A DNA stretch of 64,000 nucleotides from Spirulina sp. (GCA_044070495.1 JBIPSI010000006.1:64001-128000), one strand, 5' to 3'; positions 18,553 through 29,768 are shown, counted from the first letter of the stretch. The notes: generated from the sequence alone by a model not told the origin. Numbers and translations: made by a program.

Positions 18553-19449
18553 ATGGTGACCTCCTCCAAACCCCTGTTTGACCAGTTTTTGATGCCCATC
18601 TTCGAGCGGCTGATTGACCGTGAGGCGATTATTCGTCTGCGCCAGCGCATCGACTGGGACACCGAACTAGCCCGCTTCACCAATCCTCAGGTGGCCTATC
18701 CCGACTACTACACCGCCCACAATTTCCATGGGGTGAAAAATGGCTACCTGAATATCGATGCCGCCATCACCTACGACCCTATCACCCAGTACGTGCTGCC
18801 ACCGGGGGAAACCTGGGTACGGGAGAGCCTGGTAAACGCTATCCAGGGCCAACCCCGCCGCATTTTAGACTTGGGCTGCGGCACGGGCAGCACCACCCTG
18901 CTGCTGAAGCGTCGCTTTCCCCAAGCGGAGGTGATCGGGCTAGATCTGTCGCCGCAAATGTTGGTGATGGCCGCCGACAAAGCCAAGGTCGCCCATCTGG
19001 ATATCACCTTCCGCCACAGCAATGCCGCCGAAACTGGATTACCGGAGGACTCCTTTGATGTGGTGTGCATGACGCTGCTGTTCCACGAAACACCCCCCGC
19101 CGTTGCCAAGGCCATCCTAAAAGAGAGCTTCCGATTACTGAGTCCCGGTGGGCAAGTGCTAATTTTGGACGGCAACCAGCGCACCCTAAGGGCCACAGAC
19201 TGGCTCAACCAAATTTTTGAAGAACCCTTCATCCGCGACTACGCCCAGGGCAATGTAGAAGCTTGGCTAGGCTGGGCTGGCTTTGAAACGGTGCGTTCAG
19301 AAGACGTGTTTTGGCTAAATCAGCTCAGCTATGGCCGCAAACCCTTACCCGTCAACGACTACACCAGCACCTCCAAAAACAACTCCGCCGACCAGGATGC
19401 TTCCCCAGCGGCGGAGTGGAACGGCGGATTTACGCCTCAGATCGCCTAG
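18553..19449 (+). CDS. Class I SAM-dependent methyltransferase
   Basis: ILDLGCGTG, GLDLS, FHE motifs. Confidence 0.9.
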   Translation: MVTSSKPLFDQFLMPIFERLIDREAIIRLRQRIDWDTELARFTNPQVAYPDYYTAHNFHGVKNGYLNIDAAITYDPITQYVLPPGETWVRESLVNAIQGQPRRILDLGCGTGSTTLLLKRRFPQAEVIGLDLSPQMLVMAADKAKVAHLDITFRHSNAAETGLPEDSFDVVCMTLLFHETPPAVAKAILKESFRLLSPGGQVLILDGNQRTLRATDWLNQIFEEPFIRDYAQGNVEAWLGWAGFETVRSEDVFWLNQLSYGRKPLPVNDYTSTSKNNSADQDASPAAEWNGGFTPQIA

Positions 19450-20084
19450 GGACAGGGAATCGACGTGACATTGCTACCCTGACCATAGGTGCCCGTGCGG
19501 GCCACCCAGCCCGTGCCGCCACTGCTAAGGGTAACGGCCAGCCAAACGCGGCTGTAGTCGGGGGGGGAATTGGGAGAGGTTTGCTGGGTGGGTGGATTGG
19601 TGGTGGCCACCAGGGTGCTGCCAGCGGGGAAGGCGGTGATCAGGGCCGCATTCGACGAGGCCGCCGTTCGGACATTCAAGGCCGTATTGGCTCGGAAACA
19701 AGCCTTGGTCACCGGGGGCGGGGGCGTACTGCCGCAGGTAGTCAGGGCTGAGGCCGTGATCCAACCCACGGGCTGCACCGAGGACAGGTTTTGGCCTGCC
19801 AAAAAGATTTGGGCGCGACCACTGGCCAACACCCCCGTCAGCCGCACTTGAGTTCCGGCATTTAAGGTTCCAATGCGGTTGGCGGCGGGGCCGAGGTTCG
19901 TGTTGTCAAAAACCTCTACCCCACGGTTGAGTTGGCGACAGCCTCGGATGTAGCTCTGATTTTCGGATAGGCCCCCAACGGTGGTTTGGGCAGTTTGTCC
20001 CCAGGCAGACGTCATCGATAGCGTGCCGAGGGAGAGCGTTGTTGCAATCCCTAGGGCCACAGAGCGTAGGAGGTTGGAGCGCAT
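19446..20084 (-). CDS. Exported protein with two SH3b-like domains
   Basis: Signal peptide; LNVRTAAS...GWVA and a second GWI repeat; paired Cys residues. Confidence 0.7.
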   Translation of the reverse strand: MRSNLLRSVALGIATTLSLGTLSMTSAWGQTAQTTVGGLSENQSYIRGCRQLNRGVEVFDNTNLGPAANRIGTLNAGTQVRLTGVLASGRAQIFLAGQNLSSVQPVGWITASALTTCGSTPPPPVTKACFRANTALNVRTAASSNAALITAFPAGSTLVATTNPPTQQTSPNSPPDYSRVWLAVTLSSGGTGWVARTGTYGQGSNVTSIPCP

Positions 20085-20406
20085 AGCAGTCCTCAGAGAA
20101 ATGAGTGAGCAGATGTAGATCGACAGTCAGGGAGAGACAATCAGGGAAAGACGGTCGGGTAAGGATGACACACCCAGCACCCAGGATAAAAACCGCCAGA
20201 AAGCGGATCTGCATGACGAGAGGCTTGAAAATGCGGTAGAAATCCTGATTTTTGGGTAACTTGGGCCTAGAACCTCACCCATCCAGACTGGCTGTTATCC
20301 TACCATTTGCCCCTTATTCCCTGCGCCAGCCTGTCACATTGCGTAGCGAACACCTAACCCCCCAATCCCCCCCAACAGCCAATAACGAATAACCACCCCC
20401 CCCACC

Positions 20407-22872
20407 ATGCCCACCCCCCTTCCCTTCAACGCCGAACAACAACAAGTCATCCAGCGCCTCCAAGGCAGTTTGCTGGTGCTGGCCCCGGTGGGAACGGGTA
20501 AGACCTCGGTGCTGTCGGCGCGGGTGGTTCATGCTTTGACCAAGGGGGTAGATCCCAATCGAGTCCTGTGCCTGACATTTACCAACCGGGCGTCCAAGGA
20601 AATGGGGGATCGCCTCCAGACAGAGCGACAGGTCACGATCAAAACCTTCCATGGATTGTGTGTGCGAATTCTGCGCATGGGGGCCGAAGCCCTGGGCTTG
20701 CCGTCGGATTTTGTCATCTACGACGCCGACGACAGCGCAGATATTCTGAGGGGCTTTATGCGGCAGAAAGAGAAGGATCGTCTGGAGGATCGGGTGAAGG
20801 AGGTGAAAACAGCGATTAGCCAAGCCAAGGCCAAGGCCCACCCTGACCAACTCACCCTAGATCTGAGCCTAAAGGGGTTGTTTGTCCCCGTGGATGACCA
20901 GGATCGACCCTGGGCCGAACGCTACCAGGCGGAATTGCAGCGCCGCCAAGCCCTGGATTTTGATGATTTGATTTTCTTCACCCGATCCCTACTGCGGTTG
21001 GTGCCAGCGGTGGCGGACTATTGGGCTAACCGCTACCACTTCATTCAGGTGGATGAGGTGCAGGATACCCACCTGGGCGAGTATGAGGTGGTGCGCCACC
21101 TGGCCCAACGCAGTAAAAACCTGGCGATGATTGGCGACCTCGATCAGACCATCTACGCCTGGAGAGGGTCGGAGCCGGAGGTGGTGCTGAATCACTTTCG
21201 GGCGGAGTTTGCCCCCACGGAATACAGCCTCTCGGAGAACTATCGGGCCACCCGTAGCCTGCTGCAAACCGCCGATGCCTTTGCCAACGCCTTTGCCGAC
21301 CGCTACACCCGCATCACCATTCCCGCCGCTAGTGCCCCTGGTAATCCGGTGGTGGTGCACACCGCCGCCGATGAGGATCAAGAAGCCGCCTGGATAGCCC
21401 AGCGCATTAAAGCCCTGGCCCAACACCAGTCCAACTTTGCCTATAACCGCGTGGCGGTGCTCACCCGCACCAATCGGCGTACCGATACCATCGCCCAGGG
21501 GTTGCAACGGCAGAACGTCCCCTGCCTCACCGTGGAGCGCTACCAGTTTTTTATGCGTCAGGAAATTAAAGACGCCCTAGCCTACCTGCGTTTTTTGGTC
21601 AATCCCTTTGATACGGGGGCTTTCAAGCGGCTGTTGGGTACTCCCAATCGGAATATCGGCCTAGAAACCCTGCGCCAAATCTACGGAGAAGGGCGGCCCT
21701 GCGGCCTATGGCTAACGGATATGGCCCTACCCCAACCCTTTGTCAACGACGATCCCCTCGGTGCGGTGATGGATGCCTATCGCCACGGCACCCTAGTGGT
21801 GTTTGACGTAGAGACCACGGGGGTTGCCATTGAGGATGAGGTGGTGGAAATCGCCGCCCAAAAACTGGTAAACGGTCAGCCCGCCGAAACCTTCCATGCC
21901 TACATTAGCGATGCCGCCGACGTGGGCGACTCTGAGCAGGTGCATGGCTACAGTAATGAGTTTTTGCGGCAGCATGGCCAACCCGGTCGTCGGGTTTTGG
22001 AGCAGTTTTTCCAGTTCGCCGAAAACGTCCTGATTGTGGGGCACAACGTGGGCTTTGATATCGGCATGGTGACCACCCAGGCTCAACGGCTGGGGTTGCC
22101 TGCCCCAAATTGGGCCTGGGCCGATACCCTCAACCTGGCCCGTCGTTTTGTGGAAGCTGAAAACTACCGTCTAGGGCACCTAGCCCAAGTGTTGAACCTG
22201 CCCACCACTCCCACCCACAACGCCATGGACGATGTGACGACCACCGTGGAATTGCTTCACGCCTTGATCCCCAAGCTAGAAGCCACCGCCGCCGACCGCA
22301 CCGCCCTGTATTACCGCTATGGCGAGACCTTTGAACCCCTAGCCGAAGCCATTGCCCAATGGAAAACTCTCAGCCATACCCTGCGTCCGGCTGACCTGCT
22401 GAGCCACATTCTAGAAACCTCCGGCCTGCTTCGGCACTACCACCGCGAACCCCAGCGACTCCAAAACCTGGAGCAGATGGTGGACATGTTTGCAAACCAA
22501 GACGACCCCGCCCTGCCCCCCGATCTGTCCCTCCGAACCCTGCTGGAATATACGGCCCTGAGCAAAAACCTGGATCGGGTGTCTGCCCAGGATAACCAAG
22601 TGCTCATCATCACCGCCCATCAGTCCAAGGGGTTGGAATTTGACCATGTTTTTATCGCAGGCTTAGTCGAAGGAGAATTCCCCGACTTTCGTTGCCGCCG
22701 CCCTGAGGAATTGGAGCAGGAAAAGCACCTGTTCTACGTCGCCCTCACCCGTGCCAAACAGTCCCTTTATCTCTCCAGTTTTGAGGAGGATAACTATGGC
22801 CGATCCAAGGATCCCAGCCAATTCATTGCCGCCCTGTCTGACGGTAGGGGCAAGGTCTCCTTACCCTTCTAG
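20407..22872 (+). CDS. UvrD/PcrA-family SF1A helicase with an inserted DEDDh 3'-5' exonuclease domain
   Basis: APVGTGKT, TFTNRA, DEVQD, GDLDQTIY, NYR, HQSKGLEF, YVALTRA; internal DVETTG/HNVGFD/HNAMDD. Confidence 0.92.
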   Translation: MPTPLPFNAEQQQVIQRLQGSLLVLAPVGTGKTSVLSARVVHALTKGVDPNRVLCLTFTNRASKEMGDRLQTERQVTIKTFHGLCVRILRMGAEALGLPSDFVIYDADDSADILRGFMRQKEKDRLEDRVKEVKTAISQAKAKAHPDQLTLDLSLKGLFVPVDDQDRPWAERYQAELQRRQALDFDDLIFFTRSLLRLVPAVADYWANRYHFIQVDEVQDTHLGEYEVVRHLAQRSKNLAMIGDLDQTIYAWRGSEPEVVLNHFRAEFAPTEYSLSENYRATRSLLQTADAFANAFADRYTRITIPAASAPGNPVVVHTAADEDQEAAWIAQRIKALAQHQSNFAYNRVAVLTRTNRRTDTIAQGLQRQNVPCLTVERYQFFMRQEIKDALAYLRFLVNPFDTGAFKRLLGTPNRNIGLETLRQIYGEGRPCGLWLTDMALPQPFVNDDPLGAVMDAYRHGTLVVFDVETTGVAIEDEVVEIAAQKLVNGQPAETFHAYISDAADVGDSEQVHGYSNEFLRQHGQPGRRVLEQFFQFAENVLIVGHNVGFDIGMVTTQAQRLGLPAPNWAWADTLNLARRFVEAENYRLGHLAQVLNLPTTPTHNAMDDVTTTVELLHALIPKLEATAADRTALYYRYGETFEPLAEAIAQWKTLSHTLRPADLLSHILETSGLLRHYHREPQRLQNLEQMVDMFANQDDPALPPDLSLRTLLEYTALSKNLDRVSAQDNQVLIITAHQSKGLEFDHVFIAGLVEGEFPDFRCRRPEELEQEKHLFYVALTRAKQSLYLSSFEEDNYGRSKDPSQFIAALSDGRGKVSLPF

Positions 22873-22883
22873 CTAATCCCTAC

Positions 22884-23807
22884 CTAATATCCAGACAGCC
22901 CCGGATCCCAGTATTGCTCTTGGCGACGGGTGGGTTCGACCCAAATTTGGGTGCGTAGGGGGCCATACTGACGCCGCAGCAGGGCTTCGATTTGCTCGCC
23001 AATGGCGTTGGCCACCTCCATATATTCAGGGTGCAGGGCCAGATGCAGTTCCACCCACACCTGACGGCCCACCATGCCCCGTGATCGGATGCGCTGGCAG
23101 TGGGTGACGCCCTCCACCTGGCCGACCAAATGGGCGATGGCTTCGGGGGCAATGGCCGTGGGTCGCAAGAGCATCGGGAGTTGTTCATTCAGCACCCGCC
23201 ATAGACTGCGGGCCACCAAGGACAACAGCCCCAGGGCAAAAACTGGATCCAGCCAGTGCTGATTGTAGTGAATGGCCATCAACACCGCCACCATCACCAG
23301 GCTCAGCCAAACATCGGCCAGAAAATGCTGGGTGTTCAACCGCAGGGTAAGGCTGTTGAGGTTCCGGGCTTGGTAGTTGGCGTAGACCCCTAGGGCAATG
23401 TTCACAATCACCATCAGCGCCGTTAGCCTCAGAACATGGCCATCCAGGGTAACTGGGAAGGGGTTAGCCGCGCCATTGATGCCCGCCCAAAGCTGCCGCA
23501 GGGCAATGAAGACCAGACTAATTCCCGTAAATCCCAAAAAAGCACAGAGGATCAGCGTTGCCGCCACTTCTCCCCGCCCGTGGCCCCACACCTCTCGGCC
23601 CATTTGGCGCTGGGGGGAAGTGACCGCCACCAAGCTTAGGACGGTGCTAAAACCGTCGATCAAGGTATGCAACGACTCCGCCAGCAGGGTTAAGGAATGG
23701 GTCGCCCATCCCCCAAATACCTCCACCGCCAGCAGCAGCAGCGTAGCCCAAAGGGTAGCTAACAGCAGGCGATAGCTGGTACGACGTTGATATGCGCCTT
23801 CGTTCAT
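22884..23807 (-). CDS. Cation diffusion facilitator (CDF) transporter
   Basis: Multiple TM helices; HTLID and HFLAD metal-site motifs; WGHGRGE; C-terminal RSRG...ELH domain. Confidence 0.88.
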   Translation of the reverse strand: MNEGAYQRRTSYRLLLATLWATLLLLAVEVFGGWATHSLTLLAESLHTLIDGFSTVLSLVAVTSPQRQMGREVWGHGRGEVAATLILCAFLGFTGISLVFIALRQLWAGINGAANPFPVTLDGHVLRLTALMVIVNIALGVYANYQARNLNSLTLRLNTQHFLADVWLSLVMVAVLMAIHYNQHWLDPVFALGLLSLVARSLWRVLNEQLPMLLRPTAIAPEAIAHLVGQVEGVTHCQRIRSRGMVGRQVWVELHLALHPEYMEVANAIGEQIEALLRRQYGPLRTQIWVEPTRRQEQYWDPGLSGY

Positions 23808-24052
23808 AGACAGACGCCCAGGGGGGTACTCCAGCCTGCAAGTCTACCGCCGTGTGACCGATGTGGTGCAGCCAGTTCTCAGTTTGAGAAATTTCCGACC
23901 AACACCACCTTTTGCTGACCTCCGAACGTAGGGTGGACGCCGCCCACCACCAAGGACTATCGCACCACGACAGACAATCCGGCCAGAAGGCAGGGCACCG
24001 CCCATCACCAAGGCCGATCTTGTTGTTCACCCCCGATGGTTCAACCCTGACC

Positions 24053-24901
24053 TCAAGCCACCGCACCGCGAAAAACAAGCTGGGCGGGGCCAGTCATATA
24101 AATGCGATCATCCGCCGCCGACCATTCAATTTTGAGGGGGCCACCGGGCAATTCCACCGTCGCCGCCCGATCACAACGGCCATTCAGCACCCCTGCCACC
24201 AGGGAGGCACAGGCTCCGGTACCGCAGGCGAGGGTAATGCCAGCTCCCCGTTCCCACACCCGCATTTTGAGGTAATCGGGCCGCACGACTTGGATAAACT
24301 CGGTGTTGATGCGCTGGGGGAAGGCGGGGTGATGCTCAAACTGGGGGCCAATTTTCTCTAGGTCAATGGCGGCGACATCCTCCACAAAGGTGATGCAGTG
24401 GGGGTTGCCCATGCTGACGCAGGTGACCGCCCAATCTTGCCCCGCCACCGACAGCGGCAGACTTACGACTTTGTCATCAGGCGTTCCTAAGGTGGTCGGA
24501 ATATCCTTCGCCAGCAGGATGGGAACCCCCATATCCACGGTCACCTGGCCATCGGCTTGCAGGGTGGGGGAAATTACCCCGGCCAGGGTGTGAATGCGGT
24601 AGGTGTGGGGAGCCTGGGGAGCCTTGCCATCGGCGGTTTCTAGGGCTTCCAGGAACTTGGCCAAACAGCGAATGCCGTTGCCACACATCTCCGGTTCCGA
24701 GCCGTCGGAGTTGTAGATGCGCATGGTGTAGTCGGTGCCGTTTTGCCCTGGCAACGCAAAAATCACCCCATCGGCCCCAATGCCAAAGTGGCGATCACAC
24801 CAGGTCGCCGCTGTTTCGGGGCTGATTAGCGGATCGGCCTGATGGCGATTGTCCACCAGAATAAAATCGTTGCCTAAACCGTGATATTTACTGAACTCCA
24901 T
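24053..24901 (-). CDS. dapF: Diaminopimelate epimerase
   Basis: [37 protein letters not shown]. Confidence 0.98.
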   Translation of the reverse strand: MEFSKYHGLGNDFILVDNRHQADPLISPETAATWCDRHFGIGADGVIFALPGQNGTDYTMRIYNSDGSEPEMCGNGIRCLAKFLEALETADGKAPQAPHTYRIHTLAGVISPTLQADGQVTVDMGVPILLAKDIPTTLGTPDDKVVSLPLSVAGQDWAVTCVSMGNPHCITFVEDVAAIDLEKIGPQFEHHPAFPQRINTEFIQVVRPDYLKMRVWERGAGITLACGTGACASLVAGVLNGRCDRAATVELPGGPLKIEWSAADDRIYMTGPAQLVFRGAVA

Positions 24902-25298
24902 CGACCGCCCCTTAGCCTGCAAAACATGAATGCTCCCATTATTCATCAAAATTCATCAAAACCCATCTCCCCTGGCCCTGGTTCACCCCCATCGGCCCCG
25001 GTCTAGCGGTGGCCTGTCTGCGGTCCTCCACCCATTGCCCCGGTCATTCCTTTTGCTGATCGTCCTGAGAGGTGCTTGAAAAGGGTTGTCTCAGGGGCGA
25101 TTAGTCTCTAGATTTGGTGTAAATCTACGGAATCCTTGACGGCTGAGGCTGACCTCATCGGTATAACTTGGAATACGCTTTGGCTTTTCAAACCTCCTCT
25201 GAACGGATTACTTCGTCTTAAGAAATTCCCATGCCGTGCGCTGATTGAACGAGATCGAGTTAACGTAAAGGCAGCAGATGTCAAGGGTCTCAGCCACC

Positions 25299-25508
25299 AT
25301 GTCCCAGGAGTTCGCTACCGGCTTTCCCAGCGTTCGGCAAATTCAGACGCTGATCCGCGACAAGACCACCGTCGAGGTCAAGCTACTAACGGGGGACACG
25401 ATCTCCGGACGGGTGCTCTGGCAAGATCCGCACTGCGTCAGTCTGGAGGTGGAAAACCAAGGAAAATACCAAATCTGGAAGCAAGCCATTGGCTTTTTGA
25501 AGTATTAA
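25299..25508 (+). CDS. hfq: Cyanobacterial Hfq-like (Sm-fold) protein
   Basis: TGFPSVRQIQ, VEVKLLTGD, G-x-x-x-WQD, IWKQAI; divergent from dapF. Confidence 0.9.
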   Translation: MSQEFATGFPSVRQIQTLIRDKTTVEVKLLTGDTISGRVLWQDPHCVSLEVENQGKYQIWKQAIGFLKY

Positions 25509-25666
25509 TTTCTCCCCAGACCGTGTAAATCCTTTAGGTTCCCTGTTGCCTGTCCCAGGGTGCATGGGCACAATAAGTCCCATAGACGCCTAAAGGAATG
25601 GCACCGACAGTTTTCTGGCAGCAGCGGCTGCTCACCGTGTTCTTGTTGAATGGAGCGTTTGGCCAA

Positions 25667-26215
25667 ATGACTATTGAAAAAATCGTTGAGCAGGCCCTAC
25701 AGGATGGCTACTTAACCCCGGCCATGGAGGCGGAAGTTGGCCGTATTTGCGATACCGCCTCAGAACTCTCCATTGAAGAGTACATGGCCCTCGACCGTCT
25801 GATGGGAGCCCTGCTGACCGGGGAAGTGGTGGCGGTGCCCCGCAAACAGTTCATCAACGTGATGGAAGAACTGGTGCTGACGGAGGCGATCTCGCGGGTG
25901 GCCGAGATCGAAGCCGCCTCCGATACCACCCTCGATCTGGGCGACATCGCCGCCTATGCCCTCAACCGTTTGCCGCCCCTCTACGCCACCACCGAGGAAG
26001 GGGCCAACTTCCAACGGGAAACGGCTCGCGGCGAACTCGCAACCTTGATTGCCGATCAGGTGGGTCAAGCCATTGCCCGCAACATGGACAAGCCCGAATT
26101 CTTCCCCGAACGTCAAACCATCCAGAAGAAAGGCGGCGACAGCGTCCTCAATCAGGTCAGTTCTCTGCTGCAAGACCACGCCCACAAATTTGAAACCGCC
26201 GACCAAAAGAGCTAA
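25667..26215 (+). CDS. ComFB-family protein (CdgR-like cyclic dinucleotide receptor)
   Basis: NVMEELV and DIAAYALNRLPPLYAT ComFB motifs; N-terminal MTIEKIVEQALQDG domain. Confidence 0.88.
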   Translation: MTIEKIVEQALQDGYLTPAMEAEVGRICDTASELSIEEYMALDRLMGALLTGEVVAVPRKQFINVMEELVLTEAISRVAEIEAASDTTLDLGDIAAYALNRLPPLYATTEEGANFQRETARGELATLIADQVGQAIARNMDKPEFFPERQTIQKKGGDSVLNQVSSLLQDHAHKFETADQKS

Positions 26216-26328
26216 CCCCTGGGGGTTAGCCTAATAACCGAAAAATTCAGCCTCACGCCCACGCCCCAGGGGTTGTTACACTTAAGCCCAACCAATCCTC
26301 AACCACGCTGTTGATCGGCAGGAACGCT

Positions 26329-27663
26329 ATGGGCTATGAGTGGCTATCCATTGTCATGTTCGTGGGCTTTTTCGTCATTTTGATGACGGGCTATCCGGTG
26401 GCCTTTTCCTTTGCAGGAACGGGCCTTGTTTTTGGGCTAATCGGCTGGCTGGTGGGAGCCTTCGACCCGGCTCGCCTATTGCTGCTGCCGAACCTTTGGT
26501 TTGGCACCATGGCTAACTTCACCCTGCTGGCCATCCCCTTCTTTGTCTTTTTGGGGGCGGTGCTCGAAAAGTCTGGCTTGGCGGAGGAATTGCTGGAGAC
26601 CATCGGCATTGTTTTGGGGCCGTTGCGGGGGGGCATGGCCCTGGCGGTGGTGCTGGTGGGTACCCTGCTGGCGGCGGCGACGGGGGTGGTGGCGGCCACG
26701 GTCATTTTGATGGGGCTGCTGTCCCTGCCGATCATGCTGCGCTACGGCTACGACAAACAACTGGCGGCGGGTACCATTGTGGCGGCGGGTACCCTGGCCC
26801 AGCTCATTCCCCCCAGTTTGGTGCTGGTGGTGCTGAGCGACCAGATCGGCGTGTCCGTGGGCGATTTGTTTTTGGGTGCCCTCATCCCAGGGCTGCTCCT
26901 GGCCGGATCCTACGCGGCCTACGTGCTGGCGGTGGCCTTCCTCAAACCCCACACTGCCCCGGCCCTGCCCCTAGAGATGCGCCAAGTGGCAGGGCGCGAT
27001 CTATTCCTCCGTACCCTCAAGGCTGTGGTGCCGCCAATTGGGCTAATTGTGCTGGTGCTGGGCAGTATTTTCTTTGGCCTAGCCACCCCCACCGAGGCGG
27101 GATCTGTAGGAGCCGTGGGAGCCTGCGCCCTAGCCGCCCTCAATGGTCGGCTCAACGCCAAGCTGCTTGCCGATGCCGCCCATGCCACCGCCCTTGTCAC
27201 CGGGGTAGTGATGATCATTCTGATTTGCTCGTCTTTCTTTGGGCTGGTGTTTGATGCCCTGGGGGGCAAAACCCTGATTACCAACTTGCTGGTGAATCTC
27301 CCCGGCGGCTACCTCAGCTTTATGGTAGTGGCCAACCTCACCATTTTTCTGCTGGGGGTGTTTTTAGAATTCATTGAAATTTGCTTTATCGCCCTGCCCC
27401 TGTTAGTGCCCGCCGCCCAAGCCCTAGGGTTGGATATGGTGTGGTTTGGGGTGGTGATGGCCCTGAATCTGCAAACCGCTTTTATCTCGCCGCCGGTGGG
27501 TTTTTCTCTGTTTTACCTGCAAAGCGTCGCCCCAGAGGAAATCTCCACCGAAGATATCCATCGCAGCGCCCTGCCCTTTATGGCCATTCAATTGGCGGTG
27601 CTGCTGCTGGTAATTTTTGTGCCCCAAACCGTGAGTTGGCTAGTGAATCAGGCCTGGCAGTAG
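26329..27663 (+). CDS. TRAP transporter large permease (DctM)
   Basis: [31 protein letters not shown]; highly hydrophobic. Confidence 0.92.
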   Translation: MGYEWLSIVMFVGFFVILMTGYPVAFSFAGTGLVFGLIGWLVGAFDPARLLLLPNLWFGTMANFTLLAIPFFVFLGAVLEKSGLAEELLETIGIVLGPLRGGMALAVVLVGTLLAAATGVVAATVILMGLLSLPIMLRYGYDKQLAAGTIVAAGTLAQLIPPSLVLVVLSDQIGVSVGDLFLGALIPGLLLAGSYAAYVLAVAFLKPHTAPALPLEMRQVAGRDLFLRTLKAVVPPIGLIVLVLGSIFFGLATPTEAGSVGAVGACALAALNGRLNAKLLADAAHATALVTGVVMIILICSSFFGLVFDALGGKTLITNLLVNLPGGYLSFMVVANLTIFLLGVFLEFIEICFIALPLLVPAAQALGLDMVWFGVVMALNLQTAFISPPVGFSLFYLQSVAPEEISTEDIHRSALPFMAIQLAVLLLVIFVPQTVSWLVNQAWQ

Positions 27664-27679
27664 GTGGATCTGCGGCCCC

Positions 27680-28105
27680 CTAGGAAGACCGATGAATTTC
27701 AAAGGAAATGGAGTCGGCCTTAGCGTTGACTCTGCGACGACCTTTTGTTTTTGGCTTCACCGAAGGCGAGTCGATCCCTGGGCTAGCCTTGGTTGTCGTT
27801 TTCGTCTGGGGTTTGGCCTGAGTTGCAGACAGATCCTGCGCCTGGGCGTCCGCTGAGGGGGGCGTAGGGGGGGAGGGCAGGGCCGCTGTATCCGGCGGTA
27901 GGGTAACGGATTTTAGCTGGTCAGGAGTGCGGTTGGCTCCTAACCCCAGGGCCTCGGCATTGGAGAGCACCGCTAACCCAATCCCAGCCAGCACCGTTAG
28001 GGGATGCCAGAGGGGACTTGATCCTAGATCGGGCCAGCCGCCCAAACTTTGCAGCCCCTCAACGGCGGCGAAGATCAGCACAAAACAGAGCAGCCAAAGT
28101 TTCAT
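27680..28105 (-). CDS. Hypothetical membrane protein
   Basis: Two hydrophobic segments, Pro/Lys-rich tail and terminal SISFEI motif. Confidence 0.6.
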   Translation of the reverse strand: MKLWLLCFVLIFAAVEGLQSLGGWPDLGSSPLWHPLTVLAGIGLAVLSNAEALGLGANRTPDQLKSVTLPPDTAALPSPPTPPSADAQAQDLSATQAKPQTKTTTKASPGIDSPSVKPKTKGRRRVNAKADSISFEIHRSS

Positions 28106-28375
28106 GACTTGTTCGGTCTTAGCGGGACATCGGGAACCAGGGGCCAACCGAAAAGCAGGGATCGAGCGGGGGTGATCCCTCCCCAGACGGGTATACCCAA
28201 ACGGGTGTTCTACTTTGGGCCGTTTTGATTATGCCACCGTTAGCCCTAGATGGTGCTGTCTTGGTCATGGGTTTTGGATGTTAGGGATTCTAAGCCGTTA
28301 GGGATTCTAAATCCAACCATGGTGAGGGGGCCAACTCATGGAACGATTGAAAGGTGCCATGGGTTAATTAAGGCT

Positions 28376-29710
28376 ATGACCGTATCACGAACCATTTGCC
28401 TGGGTTTTCTAGTATTTATCTCAGTGGGTACGCTGCTGCTGCTGCTGCCCTGGGCCAATGCCAGCGGCGAGTGGGGCAATCCTCTGGTGGCCCTGTTTAC
28501 TGCGACCTCCGCCGTGTGTGTAACGGGGCTAATTGTGGTGGATACGGGCACCTATTTCTCGCCCCTGGGGCAGGGGATTATTCTGGCCCTGATTCAGATC
28601 GGCGGTCTTGGTTATATGACCGCCAACAGCTTTCTCATGCTGCTGGTGGGGCGGAGACTCAAGCTCAAGGATCGGGTGGCCATTCAGCAATCGATGGACA
28701 ACAGCGAACTGGCGGGCGGTAGTTCGCTGATTGTGTCCATCATTGCCATGACCTTGGTGTTTGAACTCACGGGTATCTTTTTCCTGTATCCCACCTTTCA
28801 GCGAGACTTTGGGGCTGGGTTTGGCCTGTGGCTATCGATTTTTCACAGCATCAGCGCCTTTAATAATGCGGGCTTTAGCCTCTTTGCCGACAGCATTGTG
28901 GGCTATGCCCTCAATCCCTGGGTCAACGTCACGATTACAGGGCTGGTGATTTTGGGAGGGATTGGCTACCAAGTGATTATGGAAATGTTTCTATGGGCGC
29001 GGCACCGCCTCCGAAGAGACCAGCGACGCACCAATTTCTCCCTCAACTACAAGGTGGCGACCAGCACCACCCTCGCCCTGCTCGCCATTGGCACCGGAGC
29101 CTTTTTCCTAATTGAGTTCAACAATGCCGCAACCTTGGGGGGGCATTCTCCCGCTCAAAAGCTGCTGATGGCCTGGTTTCAGTCGGTGATTGCCCGGACT
29201 GCTGGGTTTAACAGCATCGACATTGGGGCCATGGGCGAGGCCTCCCTGTTTATTATGATTGCCCTGATGTTTGTGGGGGCTAGTCCGGGGAGTACCGGGG
29301 GCGGCATTAAAACCACCACCCTACGCATTTTGCTGGCCTGCACCCGCATGGTGCTACAGGGCAAGGAGGATGTGTTGAGCTATCGACGGCAAATTCCCCC
29401 TAGTCGGGTGCTGAAGGCCATTGCCGTGGTGATGGGATCGGGGCTAGTGGTGCTGTCTGCCACCACCCTGGTATCGATTAGCAATCCCACGATCAGCTTC
29501 ATTGCCGTGCTGTTTGAGTCGGTGTCGGCCTTTGCTACCGTTGGCCTTAGCACCGGCATTACAGCGGATTTGTCCGATGTGGGCAAATACGTCATCATTA
29601 TCACGATGTACCTCGGTCGGGTGGGCATACTGTTATTTATGGCCTCCCTGCTGGGCGATCCCAAGCCCACCGCCATTCAGTACCCCGAAGAGGATCTGCT
29701 GATTGGCTAA
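28376..29710 (+). CDS. ktrB: TrkH/KtrB potassium uptake permease
   Basis: Four pore motifs: SAVCVTG, SAFNNAGF, RTAGF, SAFATVG; STGGGIK. Confidence 0.92.
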   Translation: MTVSRTICLGFLVFISVGTLLLLLPWANASGEWGNPLVALFTATSAVCVTGLIVVDTGTYFSPLGQGIILALIQIGGLGYMTANSFLMLLVGRRLKLKDRVAIQQSMDNSELAGGSSLIVSIIAMTLVFELTGIFFLYPTFQRDFGAGFGLWLSIFHSISAFNNAGFSLFADSIVGYALNPWVNVTITGLVILGGIGYQVIMEMFLWARHRLRRDQRRTNFSLNYKVATSTTLALLAIGTGAFFLIEFNNAATLGGHSPAQKLLMAWFQSVIARTAGFNSIDIGAMGEASLFIMIALMFVGASPGSTGGGIKTTTLRILLACTRMVLQGKEDVLSYRRQIPPSRVLKAIAVVMGSGLVVLSATTLVSISNPTISFIAVLFESVSAFATVGLSTGITADLSDVGKYVIIITMYLGRVGILLFMASLLGDPKPTAIQYPEEDLLIG

Positions 29711-29727
29711 GGCCAGACCTCGTCCCC

Positions 29728-29768
29728 AATCCGACTTAGAAAACCCCGATTCCTAACCCAGCCAACGG
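29728..29768 (-). repeat. Repeat family A, partial copy (3' arm only)
   Basis: Reverse complement contains GGAATCGGGGTTTTCTAAGTCGGA. Confidence 0.6.

Noticed and set aside
25136..25528. 130-aa ORF overlapping hfq
   Set aside because: Alternative frame over a well-supported gene, with no recognisable motifs.
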